The position numbers and the translations under genes were made by a program. A stretch of 64,000 bases of DNA, taken from the NCBI GenBank assembly GCA_963822965.1, contig CAWGJT010000005.1:1760001-1824000 (forward strand), read 5' to 3'. The stretch comes from an uncultured delta proteobacterium (GTDB lineage Bacteria; Myxococcota_A; UBA9160; UBA4427). Under the pieces are notes generated by a model. That model made no database searches and was not told the origin of the DNA. It was given only the letters and a program-made list of their open reading frames with translations. Positions 9,264-18,841 of the stretch are shown here, piece by piece; within the stretch, counting starts at the first letter, position 1, and every line of letters starts with the position of its first letter.

Positions 9264-9866
9264 ATGAGCTTCCGCCGGGGTGTCGCCCTTGTCTCCCTTG
9301 CAGCCCTCGCCGTCGGCTGCACCTCGATCTCGGGTCACCGAATCGCGAAGGACTCCGCGAACAAAGTCACCGTCCAGGACGTGAAGGGTGTGCCGATCGT
9401 GATTCAGACACCCACCCGCGCCCTGTTCGTGCTGACCACCAGCGAATACGAGCTCGCTCGGGTGGAGACCACCTTCGACAAGAATGCCAAGGCCGTGACG
9501 GTCAAGACACCGCTCGGACATAGCCGCGAGCAGGTACTCAGCGAGAAGCCGGTCTTCCTGGGTCCCTCGGAGGTCTACACCATCGATCCGAAGCGGCCGC
9601 TGGCCGGCTCCATCGATTACACGATCGAGCTCGAGCAGCAGCAGCTCAAGAAGATCGCGGGAAAGCTCGACGACAAGACCCTCGAGGAGCTGCGGCAGCT
9701 CGCAAGTGATCTGGCCGATATGGCGCTCAAGGCGGCGGCTCCGACGGCGGGCGTCACGAAGCAGGCAGGCGAGGCGGCACTGGTCGAGCGGACGCTGGTC
9801 GGCACCACCCTCAGCCTGGTGATCGTCGATCTGGCAACGGGCGGCATCGACATTCAGCAGCTCTGA
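9264..9866 (+). CDS. Hypothetical lipoprotein
   Basis: AAGGAG RBS; signal peptide ending LAVG-C. Confidence 0.75.
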   Translation: MSFRRGVALVSLAALAVGCTSISGHRIAKDSANKVTVQDVKGVPIVIQTPTRALFVLTTSEYELARVETTFDKNAKAVTVKTPLGHSREQVLSEKPVFLGPSEVYTIDPKRPLAGSIDYTIELEQQQLKKIAGKLDDKTLEELRQLASDLADMALKAAAPTAGVTKQAGEAALVERTLVGTTLSLVIVDLATGGIDIQQL

Positions 9867-9867
9867 G

Positions 9868-10875
9868 ATGCCGATGAGCACCCCGGTCGACCTGATCCGC
9901 GTCCTCGAGGACCAGGACGACTCCGGCGTCCTCGGCGTGGCAGTCGGACGCAAGGAGGTCTCCGGCATCGTGTCCCCCGACGCCGAACCCTCGGTCGCAT
10001 TCGTCGTCGCCCGAAAGGAGCCGCGGGAGGGAAGGTCTCGGAGCGTCGCGAGCGGAGCGCGTGCCGTCCCCGCAAAGGTCGAGCTGGCCGGCCGGGAGAT
10101 GGTGACGGACGTGGTGGAGGCCGCGGCGGAGCCGGTGGCCGACACCGGCCGCATGCAACGCACCCGGTTCAGCGCCGGGGGTCCAATCGGCAACCGAAGC
10201 CAGCTCGGCACGTTCGGCTGCATCGTTCGGCGTGAGGGAGCTCGCTACCGATACGTTCTCACCAATCAGCATGTGGCGCTCTCGGTGGGCTCGGTCTGCT
10301 GGTTTCCGGCCTTCGGTGCCCCAGCCGCACTGGCGGCGCCGACCCGCGTCTCCGTGGACCTCGTGCCCGACGAGGTCTTCTGTCCCTATCTCGACTCGGC
10401 CAACACGTACTTCGACGTGGATGCTGCGTTGGTGCAGATCCCCGAGGCGAACCGGGATCAGTTCTCGCCGCGAATCCCGACGCTCGGTACGCCGAACGGA
10501 ATCTTCCGGCCCCTCGCGACCAGCGCTGCCGACTACCAGGCCGAGGTGCTCGAGCGGCAGGTGTCGACGTGGTCCTGGAGCTCGGGGCGACGCGACGGAG
10601 TCATCTCGCACGTCTTCTACACGACGCGGCTGGCGCGCTTCGACGCACTGGGCGTGTACAGCTTTCTCATCCGGTCGCAGGACGGCAGCCCGCCGGGAGT
10701 GGCGCGCGACTCGGGAAAGGCGTGGGTCTCGCCCCGGCCCGACGGGGGACTCGATCTGGTGGGGCTTCACCAGGGCGTCGTCGAAGTCCCTGGAGGCAGC
10801 TCACGCTTCGCGGTCGCCACCGAGATGGCGGCGCTGTGCAGCCATCTGGGGATCGCCCCCGCCACGGACGTCTGA
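9868..10875 (+). CDS. Trypsin-like (S1) serine protease without signal peptide
   Basis: GTFGCIV, LTNQHVA (His), DVDAAL (Asp), RDSG (Ser, variant of GDSG), LVGLH. Confidence 0.75.
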   Translation: MPMSTPVDLIRVLEDQDDSGVLGVAVGRKEVSGIVSPDAEPSVAFVVARKEPREGRSRSVASGARAVPAKVELAGREMVTDVVEAAAEPVADTGRMQRTRFSAGGPIGNRSQLGTFGCIVRREGARYRYVLTNQHVALSVGSVCWFPAFGAPAALAAPTRVSVDLVPDEVFCPYLDSANTYFDVDAALVQIPEANRDQFSPRIPTLGTPNGIFRPLATSAADYQAEVLERQVSTWSWSSGRRDGVISHVFYTTRLARFDALGVYSFLIRSQDGSPPGVARDSGKAWVSPRPDGGLDLVGLHQGVVEVPGGSSRFAVATEMAALCSHLGIAPATDV

Positions 10876-11062
10876 TCTTCGGGAAGAGCCGTGTAGCCGT
10901 GCTCGTCCCGGGGCGGGCAGTCTCCCCGCCGTGACGCCCGCCCACCAGCCAGGTCTCGGCCTGTTCCAAGTCGGCTGTCGATCGAGGATTCGCCAACGGA
11001 GACGATCCTGATATCGTGACGGCTCCATTGCCACAGGGACCGGGTCGTTGAATGGGTTCCGA

Positions 11063-11320
11063 ATGCAGCTGCCCCTCGTGGGCCTCGTCCTCTTGTGGCT
11101 GTGTGCGCTCCCTTCCTGCACGATCGTCGAGTGGTTCGAGGCGCGGCAGGCCCGCGACGAGCTTCGCGCCTGCCAGGAGGCGTATCCCGACGATCCCGAG
11201 GCGTGCGCGGATCTTCGAGAGGCCAGCGACGAGTCGTACGAAGACTACGAGGATCAGGCCCAACGGGACTGGGGATGCGGCGACACGGAGGACCCGTGCA
11301 CACCGTGGCAGGACGACTGA
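11063..11320 (+). CDS. Small acidic Cys-containing lipoprotein
   Basis: Hydrophobic leader ending LPS-C; 85 aa. Confidence 0.55.
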   Translation: MQLPLVGLVLLWLCALPSCTIVEWFEARQARDELRACQEAYPDDPEACADLREASDESYEDYEDQAQRDWGCGDTEDPCTPWQDD

Positions 11321-11336
11321 CGGCCAGGAGCTCGAC

Positions 11337-11825
11337 GTGAAGCACGCATGGATCGCGGGTGTTCTCTTTGCGGCGGCGCTGGCGGCCGGGTGCGGACGAC
11401 CCGGCAGCCCCGAGCCCGCCGCGGCGGCCGATGCGTACGTCCCCGGGCTCGGCGAGATCATGTCGGCCAACCAGATGCGGCACCTCAAGCTCTGGTATGC
11501 CGGCCAGGCGGGCAACTGGCCCCTGGCGGCCTACGAGGTGGACGAGCTCGAGGAAGGCTTCGCGGATGCCGTGCGCTTCCACCCGCACCACAAGGACTCG
11601 CCGGAGCCTCTCACGAAGCTCGTTCCCGAGTTCACGGACGAACCCGTCGCCGAGCTGCGCGAGGCGATCGAGCGCAAGAGCCAGCCCGCCTTCGCCGCGG
11701 CGTTCGAATCGCTCACCCAGGGCTGCAACGGGTGTCACGTGGCCGCGGGCTTCCCGTTCAACGTCGTGAGGATTCCGACCTCCAATCCCTACAGCAACCA
11801 GCGCTTCGAGCCGCAGCAGCAGTAG
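11337..11825 (+). CDS. Cytochrome c'-like monoheme lipoprotein
   Basis: LAAG-C lipobox, helical body, C-terminal CNGCH heme motif; AGGAG RBS. Confidence 0.8.
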   Translation: MKHAWIAGVLFAAALAAGCGRPGSPEPAAAADAYVPGLGEIMSANQMRHLKLWYAGQAGNWPLAAYEVDELEEGFADAVRFHPHHKDSPEPLTKLVPEFTDEPVAELREAIERKSQPAFAAAFESLTQGCNGCHVAAGFPFNVVRIPTSNPYSNQRFEPQQQ

Positions 11826-11906
11826 TCCGACCGGCCACCGAAGCGGATGCGCGCACGGCATGCTGCTGGAGGCCGGTCCATTCCCCATGGATCGATCGGG
11901 GCTCCC

Positions 11907-12155
11907 ATGAAGACCTTCGTCCTGCTCGTTTGTCTCGGGATCACCCTTTCATCGGGGTGCGGGTCCGACGAGTCCGAGCTCCCCGACGACTTCGACTGCG
12001 GTGAAGCAATCCCGGGCTGGAGAAGGGCCTCGGCGTTTACGCCCGACGTCGTTCCTCCGTGCAACGCGGGAAGCGTCGGAGCCTGCGCCGATTCCGGATA
12101 CGCATACGTGCCCGGCACCGGGTGGTGTCGTCCTCTCCCCGCCTTCCATTTCTGA
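11907..12155 (+). CDS. Small Cys-rich putative lipoprotein
   Basis: MKTFVLLVCLGITLSSG-C signal; four further Cys. Confidence 0.5.
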   Translation: MKTFVLLVCLGITLSSGCGSDESELPDDFDCGEAIPGWRRASAFTPDVVPPCNAGSVGACADSGYAYVPGTGWCRPLPAFHF

Positions 12156-12327
12156 CACGGCACCGGCGCTCGCGCGCGAGCGAACGAGACCCGTGCTGCC
12201 GCGCTCTCCCTACACCCTGCACCCCACGCGAGAATCTTCTTCCAATCGGACTCTTTCTCGTGTAATCACGGTTGCAATGGCGCCGCGCCTGCCTCGTTTC
12301 GACGGGTCGGGCCACGGGGGGGAGCCC

Positions 12328-14598
12328 ATGAGCGACGAGAGCGACGACGGATACGTCCCTCCGAAGGAATGGGCCCGGATCTTCGAGCGCGAGCGCGCGG
12401 AGATCGCTCGCAGTCGCACCGTTCGAGGCGTCGGGCCCGACGACAGGCTTGTCGGCCTCGCGGTATCGGGCGGCGGCATTCGCTCGGCCACCTTCGCGCT
12501 GGGGGTCGTCCAGGCCCTGGCGAAGCAGGGACAGCTGAAGCGCTTCGACTATCTGTCGACGGTCTCCGGCGGGGGCTACCTGGGATCGTCCATCAGCTGG
12601 CTGCTGCGACGAGCGGATCCGGGCCAGGTGCACGGCGACTTCGGCCTCGGCGCCGACGACTTCCCGTACGGCGCGCAGGACCCCGGCGGGCGGCCGCCGC
12701 ACGACGCCCCCTGGCAGAGCGCGATGCTCCGCTTCCTCCGGCAGCACGGCAACTACCTGGCGCCGGGCAAGGGCATCACGCTGATCGCCGCGACCTCCGT
12801 CGTGCTCCGCTCGATCTTCCTGAATCTGCTGGTGTGGGTTCCGCTGCTCGTCGCGGTGATGGTGCCGATCGTCCTGTGCGACGACGCCTCGAAGAGCTTC
12901 CAGTGGCCATCGGAGGCCTGCTGCGGCCCGGTCGCGTGCGACCAGGGGCTCGTGCACTGCACCGGCACCGAGATCCACGAGCCCGAAGCGTGGCCGCTGA
13001 GCGGGCTCCGGAAGGTGGCGGGCTGGCTGCTGGTGGTGTTCGCCGCCTTCGCGGCTCTCTACTCGCTGATCGCCGGCGTTCCCCGGCTGGCGCCCGACTC
13101 GCGGCTCGCCAGCCTGACGACGCGCTACCTCTGGCGGCGCCGCTCCGAGATCGGGGGCGGCGTCTTCCTCCTCGTCACGATCGTGGTGGCGGTGGTTGCG
13201 AGCCTGCCCTGGGTGGCGTCGTATCTCGGGCGCGAGGTCGCGTCGGCGGGAAGCGTCGCCGCGGTCCTGCTGGGGAGCGTCTCCGGCCTCCGCGCCTTCT
13301 TCCGCACCGGCAGCTCGAGCGGCCCGATTCCCGTCGGCTTCATCGCGACCTTCGGATCGACCCTCCTTCTCTACGGAATCCTGCTGCTCGCGTACCTCGG
13401 CGCGCTCACGTACGCCGCAGAGACCCACGGCACCTTCGGATGGCCGCCGGAATCGTGGACCAGCTCCCTGTCCCTGCTGGCGGCGGCGACGGCCGGAGCC
13501 CTGCTCCTGGGGTTCTGCGTGAATCTCAACCACAGCGGCCTGCACCGCTTCTACCGCGATCGCCTGATGGAGACCTTCATGCCTCCCGTGGACGAGGTGC
13601 TGGAGGAGCCCGCGGGTGACTACACGGGGCCGAGCACCCGGGCCGACGGTTGTCGGCTGAGCCAGCTGCACGGTGACGGACACCGGGCTCCGTACCATCT
13701 CGTCAACACCAACGTGGTGCTCGTCGACTCCGCCAACCGCCGCTACCGGATCCGCGGGGGCGAAAGCTTCACCCTCTCCCCGCTGTACTCGGGGAGCGAG
13801 GCGACGGGCTGGCGACGCACGTCGGAGTTCATGGCCGACACGATGACCCTGGCCACCGCCATGGCGATCTCGGGGGCGGCCGCCAACCCGAATACCGGCG
13901 CGGGCGGCGTGGGGCCGACCCGCGCCCGAGGCGTCTCCCTCCTGATGTCGCTCCTCAACATCCGTCTGGGCTACTGGGTGAAGAACCCGCAGCGACGCCA
14001 GTGGCTGCGCACGCCGAACCACTTCGACGCCGCGCGCTACGAGCTGAGCCCGCGCGGCTACCGCGAGACCGGCTCGCACCTGCAGCTCAGTGACGGCGGC
14101 CACTTCGAGAACCTGGGCCTCTACGAGCTGGTGCGGCGCAAGGCAGCGCTGATCGTGGTGCTCGACGGAGCGGCCGACAAGGGCTTCCAGTTCGGCGACC
14201 TGCAGATCGCCGCGCGACGGATCGCCGAGGACTTCGGCGCGCGGATCGAGTTCGATCCCGACAACCACCTGGAGAAGCTGATCCCCCGCCAGGAGGTCGG
14301 CTACCCGGTCGGCTTCAAGCAGGCGGAGCGGGGCTTCATCGAAGGCGAGATCATCTACTCCGAGGGTCCGTCCGGGAAGGTCTCCGGGAGGCTCCTGTAC
14401 GTGAAGAGCACGAGGATTCCGGGCCTCGGGCTGCGCGTGAAGGGCTACCAGGGCTCGCACCGGGACTTCCCCGACGAGTCCACCGCCGATCAGTTCTTCG
14501 ATGAAGCGCAGTTCGAAGCCTACCGCGAGCTCGGCTACCGCATCGGAGAGAGCGTGAAGGACCGCCTCGCCGCCCTGATTCAGGGGACGGCCGCGTAG
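12328..14598 (+). CDS. Membrane-embedded patatin/cPLA2-like phospholipase
   Basis: SGGGIRSA, STVSGGG and LSDGGHFENLG motifs with a multi-TM insertion between them. Confidence 0.88.
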   Translation: MSDESDDGYVPPKEWARIFERERAEIARSRTVRGVGPDDRLVGLAVSGGGIRSATFALGVVQALAKQGQLKRFDYLSTVSGGGYLGSSISWLLRRADPGQVHGDFGLGADDFPYGAQDPGGRPPHDAPWQSAMLRFLRQHGNYLAPGKGITLIAATSVVLRSIFLNLLVWVPLLVAVMVPIVLCDDASKSFQWPSEACCGPVACDQGLVHCTGTEIHEPEAWPLSGLRKVAGWLLVVFAAFAALYSLIAGVPRLAPDSRLASLTTRYLWRRRSEIGGGVFLLVTIVVAVVASLPWVASYLGREVASAGSVAAVLLGSVSGLRAFFRTGSSSGPIPVGFIATFGSTLLLYGILLLAYLGALTYAAETHGTFGWPPESWTSSLSLLAAATAGALLLGFCVNLNHSGLHRFYRDRLMETFMPPVDEVLEEPAGDYTGPSTRADGCRLSQLHGDGHRAPYHLVNTNVVLVDSANRRYRIRGGESFTLSPLYSGSEATGWRRTSEFMADTMTLATAMAISGAAANPNTGAGGVGPTRARGVSLLMSLLNIRLGYWVKNPQRRQWLRTPNHFDAARYELSPRGYRETGSHLQLSDGGHFENLGLYELVRRKAALIVVLDGAADKGFQFGDLQIAARRIAEDFGARIEFDPDNHLEKLIPRQEVGYPVGFKQAERGFIEGEIIYSEGPSGKVSGRLLYVKSTRIPGLGLRVKGYQGSHRDFPDESTADQFFDEAQFEAYRELGYRIGESVKDRLAALIQGTAA

Positions 14599-14817
14599 TC
14601 CGATGTAGAAGCAGGACCGGAGCCCGGTCCCCGAGACCGCGGACGCGTTCCATGCCGTTCGACATGATCTCTGCGACCCGCACCCTGACGGACGAGCCCG
14701 AGCGCTCGTTCCCTGTCGGGCCTTCTCGATGCGCGGGTGGAGAGTCGCCTTTCGCGTGACCTACTCTCCCCCTTCGTTTCGTTCGGGCCTCGAAGAGCTG
14801 GAAGGGATGGAGGCGGG

Positions 14818-16104
14818 GTGAGCCAGTCCGAGAAGCTCGGATTCAATGCCACGTGGTCCATGGCCGTGGGCGGCATGGTGGGAGGCGGCATCTTCTCGAC
14901 GCTCGGCGTCGTGATCGCGATCGCCGGACCCTGGGCGTGGCTCAGCTTCGTCGTCGCAGGGCTGGTGGCGTTGGCCGCGGGGTACAGCTACGTGGCACTC
15001 GCCGCCCACTACGGGGAGGGCGGGGGCGCGTTCACGTTCCTGCGCGAGATCCACGCGGAGAGCTTCGCGGGCAGCCTGTCCTGGGTGCTCATCGTGGGGT
15101 ACGTGCTCACGAACGCCGTGTACGCGTCCACCTTCGGCCACTACCTGGGCAACGTCGTCGGGCTGGGACCGTGGGTTCCGCGCGCCGCGGCGCTGGGCAT
15201 CCTGGCGCTCTTCATCGGACTGAACCTGCGCGGCGTCGGCGAGGCCGGCGGCGTGGAGATCTTCCTGGTGTGGTTCAAGCTGGCCGTGCTGGTGGGCCTG
15301 GCGACCTGGGGAATCGCCCAGTGGGACGTGCCGATGCTGTCGCGGGGCGTGCCCGATGCCGGCGTGACGGCTGCGCTCTTCGGGGCCGCCTCGGTCTTCA
15401 TGGCCTACGAGGGATTCCAGCTCCTCACCTACGACTACGAGGACATCGCGGCGCCGCGGAAGACGCTGCCCCGGGCGGTGATCTCGGCCATCGTCGTGGT
15501 GATCGTCGTCTACGTGGCGGTGGCGGTCGGCACGGCCATGCTCGTCGGCGCAGACGCGGTGGTGCAGCACGAGGAGGTGGCGCTCGCCATCGCCGGGGGA
15601 CAGGCGTTCGGCACGACGGGCCTCGTCGTCGTGACCATCGCCGCGGCCTTCTCCACGGGATCGGCCATCAATTCCACGCTCTTCGCCACGGCCCGGCTCA
15701 CCCACGAGGTGGCGAAGGACGGCGAGCTTCCGGCCGCGCTCGAGCACGAGAACGGCGCCGGGGTGCCCGATCGGGCCGTGGTCGCCCTGGGCGCGACGGC
15801 GGCGGTGCTGGCCGCCGCGGGCACCTTGTCGACGCTGGTCGAGGCGGCGAGCCTGGCATTCCTGTTCACGTTCGCCGTCGTCTGTGGCCTCGCCTTCCAG
15901 CAGAACGCGGGCCACCGCGCGTTGACGGGGCTCGGGACGGTAGGAGCCTCCGCCGCCGGGGCGGGGCTCGTCTTCCGCCTGGTGCGAACCGATCCGGTGG
16001 CGCTCGTCGCCCTCGGCGTGCTGGTGATCGTGGCCGTGGCGGGACGACCGCTGCTGCTGCGCTACGTGCGAACCGACGGACGCCACAGCCGACGAAGCGG
16101 CTGA
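14818..16104 (+). CDS. APC-family amino acid permease
   Basis: GGMVGGGIF, AYEGFQ, about 12 TM segments. Confidence 0.9.
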   Translation: MSQSEKLGFNATWSMAVGGMVGGGIFSTLGVVIAIAGPWAWLSFVVAGLVALAAGYSYVALAAHYGEGGGAFTFLREIHAESFAGSLSWVLIVGYVLTNAVYASTFGHYLGNVVGLGPWVPRAAALGILALFIGLNLRGVGEAGGVEIFLVWFKLAVLVGLATWGIAQWDVPMLSRGVPDAGVTAALFGAASVFMAYEGFQLLTYDYEDIAAPRKTLPRAVISAIVVVIVVYVAVAVGTAMLVGADAVVQHEEVALAIAGGQAFGTTGLVVVTIAAAFSTGSAINSTLFATARLTHEVAKDGELPAALEHENGAGVPDRAVVALGATAAVLAAAGTLSTLVEAASLAFLFTFAVVCGLAFQQNAGHRALTGLGTVGASAAGAGLVFRLVRTDPVALVALGVLVIVAVAGRPLLLRYVRTDGRHSRRSG

Positions 16105-16141
16105 GCGTCGATTGGAACGGGCCGGTGCTATCGTGGCCGCG

Positions 16142-17737
16142 ATGGCACCCTGGTGTAGCCGCGACTGGCGCAGAGGCGTGTCGGTCGCGCTGGTGTTCCT
16201 GCTCTTCTACGTGGGCTTCGCGCCGGCGCGCCTCAAGAACAGCGACGACGTCGGGCTCTTTCGCGTGACGGAGGCGCTCTTCGATCACGGGACGCTGGCG
16301 GTGCCACCGCACCGCCACGCACACCGGGGCGCCGACGGACGCCTCTACGCACCGTACGCCCTCGGACAGGCCGTGCTGGCGCTGCCGCTCTACGCGCTCG
16401 CGAAGGGGGCGCGTCGGGTGCTTCCCGAGAGCTGGGTGCGGGCCCTGGCGGGGCCCGAGCGGGAGATCGTGCGCGGCTTTCCCCGGCAGAGCCTCGACCG
16501 CATGCGGGGCGCTCCGGGCTTCACGGAGGTCGATCGATCCATCTATGGGGGCACGCTCGAGATCGCCTTCGTCATGCTCTACGCCCCCATCGCCGGCGCG
16601 TTGCTCGCCATGGGGCTCTTCCTGCTGCTGCGTCGGCTGGAGGTCTCGCCGCGGAACGCCCTCGTGACGACGGCGCTGATCGGCGTCTGCAGCTACCCGG
16701 CGACCATGTCGGTCTACTTCCTGCGGCACACCAGCGAGACCGTGACGGTGGTGTTCGCCCTGCTGTGGCTTCGCGAGTACCGCGAGACGGGACGCGTGGC
16801 CTCCCTGGCGCTGGGGAGCGCCGCCGGCTCGCTGACCTTCCTGGTGCGATTTCCCGGCGTGCTGGCGGGACCGGCTCTCGGCATCTACGCGCTGCACGGG
16901 ATGCTCGAGCGACGCCGGCGTGAGGCACGCCCGTGGCTCCCCGACCTCGCGGCCGTGTCGCTGCCGCTGGCGGCGGCCATCGCGATCCACGTGGGCCTGA
17001 ACCACGCGCGCTGGGGCACCTTCTTCCAGTCGCCCATGACGGAAGGCGCCCTCGAGAGCTCGCCCTCGTTCACCCACGCGTTCGCGGCCTTCCTGGTCGC
17101 TCCGGGGATCAGCGTCTTCGCCTACTCGCCGCTGCTGCTGCTCCTTCCCTGGACCTTGCCCGCCGCCGCGAAGCGCTGGCCGTGGGAGTGCGCGGTGTTC
17201 ACGATCTACGTCGTCACGCAGCTGCTCTTCTTCTCGAGCTACCACTACTGGACGGGCCTCTGGTCGGCCCCCGGGCCCCGCTACCTGCTGCCCGGATGCA
17301 CCCTGCTGCTGCTGTCCCTGGGCGCGTGGCTCGAAGCGGGGCCCCCCCGCGCCGGTCGCGAAGCGCTGCTCGTCCTGGCAAGCGTGGGCGCCGTGGTGCA
17401 GCTGGCGCTGATGCTGGCCAACTGGTCCGTGGTCGCACATCCCCTGATGCTCGCCGAATCCCGGGCCGCGTTGCAGAGTGCCGACCCCGCCGGCTACGAC
17501 CCGCAGTTCGAGTTCCTCTACCAGCCCGGAGAGAGCCCCGTTCTCGGCAGCCTGCACGCGGTGGCCAACGGACGCATCGACGCCTGGCTGTGGAAGCTCG
17601 GCGCCGGATGGCCCGGACAGCCCGCGGCCCCCGTCACGGCCACGGCACTGGCGCTCGCCTGGGGGATCGGGTGCGCGCTCGGCGGACGCTGGCTGTGGCG
17701 CATGATGGAGCCGGCGCCGGCGGTCGGGGCGGGCTAG
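16142..17737 (+). CDS. GT-C-type integral membrane glycosyltransferase-like protein
   Basis: First TM followed by an NSDD acidic motif, many TMs, GPRYLLP motif. Confidence 0.65.
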   Translation: MAPWCSRDWRRGVSVALVFLLFYVGFAPARLKNSDDVGLFRVTEALFDHGTLAVPPHRHAHRGADGRLYAPYALGQAVLALPLYALAKGARRVLPESWVRALAGPEREIVRGFPRQSLDRMRGAPGFTEVDRSIYGGTLEIAFVMLYAPIAGALLAMGLFLLLRRLEVSPRNALVTTALIGVCSYPATMSVYFLRHTSETVTVVFALLWLREYRETGRVASLALGSAAGSLTFLVRFPGVLAGPALGIYALHGMLERRRREARPWLPDLAAVSLPLAAAIAIHVGLNHARWGTFFQSPMTEGALESSPSFTHAFAAFLVAPGISVFAYSPLLLLLPWTLPAAAKRWPWECAVFTIYVVTQLLFFSSYHYWTGLWSAPGPRYLLPGCTLLLLSLGAWLEAGPPRAGREALLVLASVGAVVQLALMLANWSVVAHPLMLAESRAALQSADPAGYDPQFEFLYQPGESPVLGSLHAVANGRIDAWLWKLGAGWPGQPAAPVTATALALAWGIGCALGGRWLWRMMEPAPAVGAG

Positions 17738-17775
17738 GCCGGTCGCGGGCTGGATGCGCACGCCGCCGAAGCCAG

Positions 17776-18726
17776 TCACGCGCTCGCCAGGAACTGCCGC
17801 AGCTCGCGCACGAGGGCCGCGGGGGCGTCGCCCTGGATGGTGTGCCCGGCTCCGTCGATCCGCGCCCACCAACCTCGCGGAAGCGCATTCGCGAAGCGCT
17901 CGGCGTGCTCGTCCAGGAACACCTCGCTCTCGGCGCCGCGCAGGACGAGAGTGGGGCAGCGGATCTCCGAGACCTGCTGCTGCAGGCGTTCCAGCCGCTC
18001 GCTCATGCGCGCCAGGTCGATGGGCTGGCGGCGGTCGGTCTTCCACGTGAGCCGGCCGTCGGGCAGCGCCCGCAGGTTGTGCCGCAGGCTCACGGCCAGC
18101 AGCCGCGGGTCGCGGCGCGGGTTGAAGCGCAGCGCCCGCTCGATGAAGGCCTCCAGGCTGGCGCCGCCGTCGGCCTCGGCGACGAAGTCGACGATGGCGC
18201 GGCCGCCTTCGATGCGGACCCAGGGCCCGGCGTCCACGGCCACGAAGGCGGAGACCCGGTCGGGGTAGGCGGCGGCGAGGTGCAGGCCGTTGAGACAGCC
18301 CATGGACATGCCGACGACGGCGACGCGGTCGAGGCCCCGGGCATCGAGGAAGCCGACGAAGTCGCGGGCGTGGCTCTCCGGCGTGTAGTCGAAGCCGTAG
18401 GACCATTCGGAATCGCCGTGACCCCGCTGGTCGAGGGCCAGGCAGTGCAGCTCGTCGCGCAGGGCGAGGCAGACCAGGTCCCAGGTGCGCGCGGTCTGAC
18501 CGCCGCCGTGAAGGAACAGGACGGGAGGGCGGCCGGGGGTGCCCCAGTCCAGGGCGTGCAGGCGCAGGCCGTCGACCACCTGGTGCAGGTGCTGCGGCGG
18601 GACGAACCCGGGCACCTCGAGGCCGGCGAGCCGCGCCGCCAGGCGGTGGTGGGCCTCCTCCTCTTCGCGAGAGACGGGCGAGACACGGGACGCGGGCGAC
18701 GCGGACGGAGCCGGGGCTTGGGTCAT
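17776..18726 (-). CDS. Alpha/beta-fold hydrolase
   Basis: FLHGGG, DQRGHGDS, GMSMG, AGH motifs. Confidence 0.9.
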   Translation of the reverse strand: MTQAPAPSASPASRVSPVSREEEEAHHRLAARLAGLEVPGFVPPQHLHQVVDGLRLHALDWGTPGRPPVLFLHGGGQTARTWDLVCLALRDELHCLALDQRGHGDSEWSYGFDYTPESHARDFVGFLDARGLDRVAVVGMSMGCLNGLHLAAAYPDRVSAFVAVDAGPWVRIEGGRAIVDFVAEADGGASLEAFIERALRFNPRRDPRLLAVSLRHNLRALPDGRLTWKTDRRQPIDLARMSERLERLQQQVSEIRCPTLVLRGAESEVFLDEHAERFANALPRGWWARIDGAGHTIQGDAPAALVRELRQFLASA

Positions 18727-18785
18727 CGGGGGCCTCCTTGCGGGATCGGCGGGATCGGCCGGGCGCCGGCTCGGGTCCCTTTCCC

Positions 18786-18840
18786 TACCTCGAGTTGCTT
18801 ACCTTGAGTTGCCAAGGTATTACCTAGGCTACCCTAAGTA
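18786..18840. promoter_or_regulatory. Tandem palindromic operators, probably bound by the adjacent TetR
   Basis: TACCTTG-N6-CAAGGTA (18800-18819, perfect) and TACCTAG-N6-CTAAGTA (18821-18840), plus a half-site at 18786, between divergent genes. Confidence 0.8.
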
Positions 18841-18841
18841 C

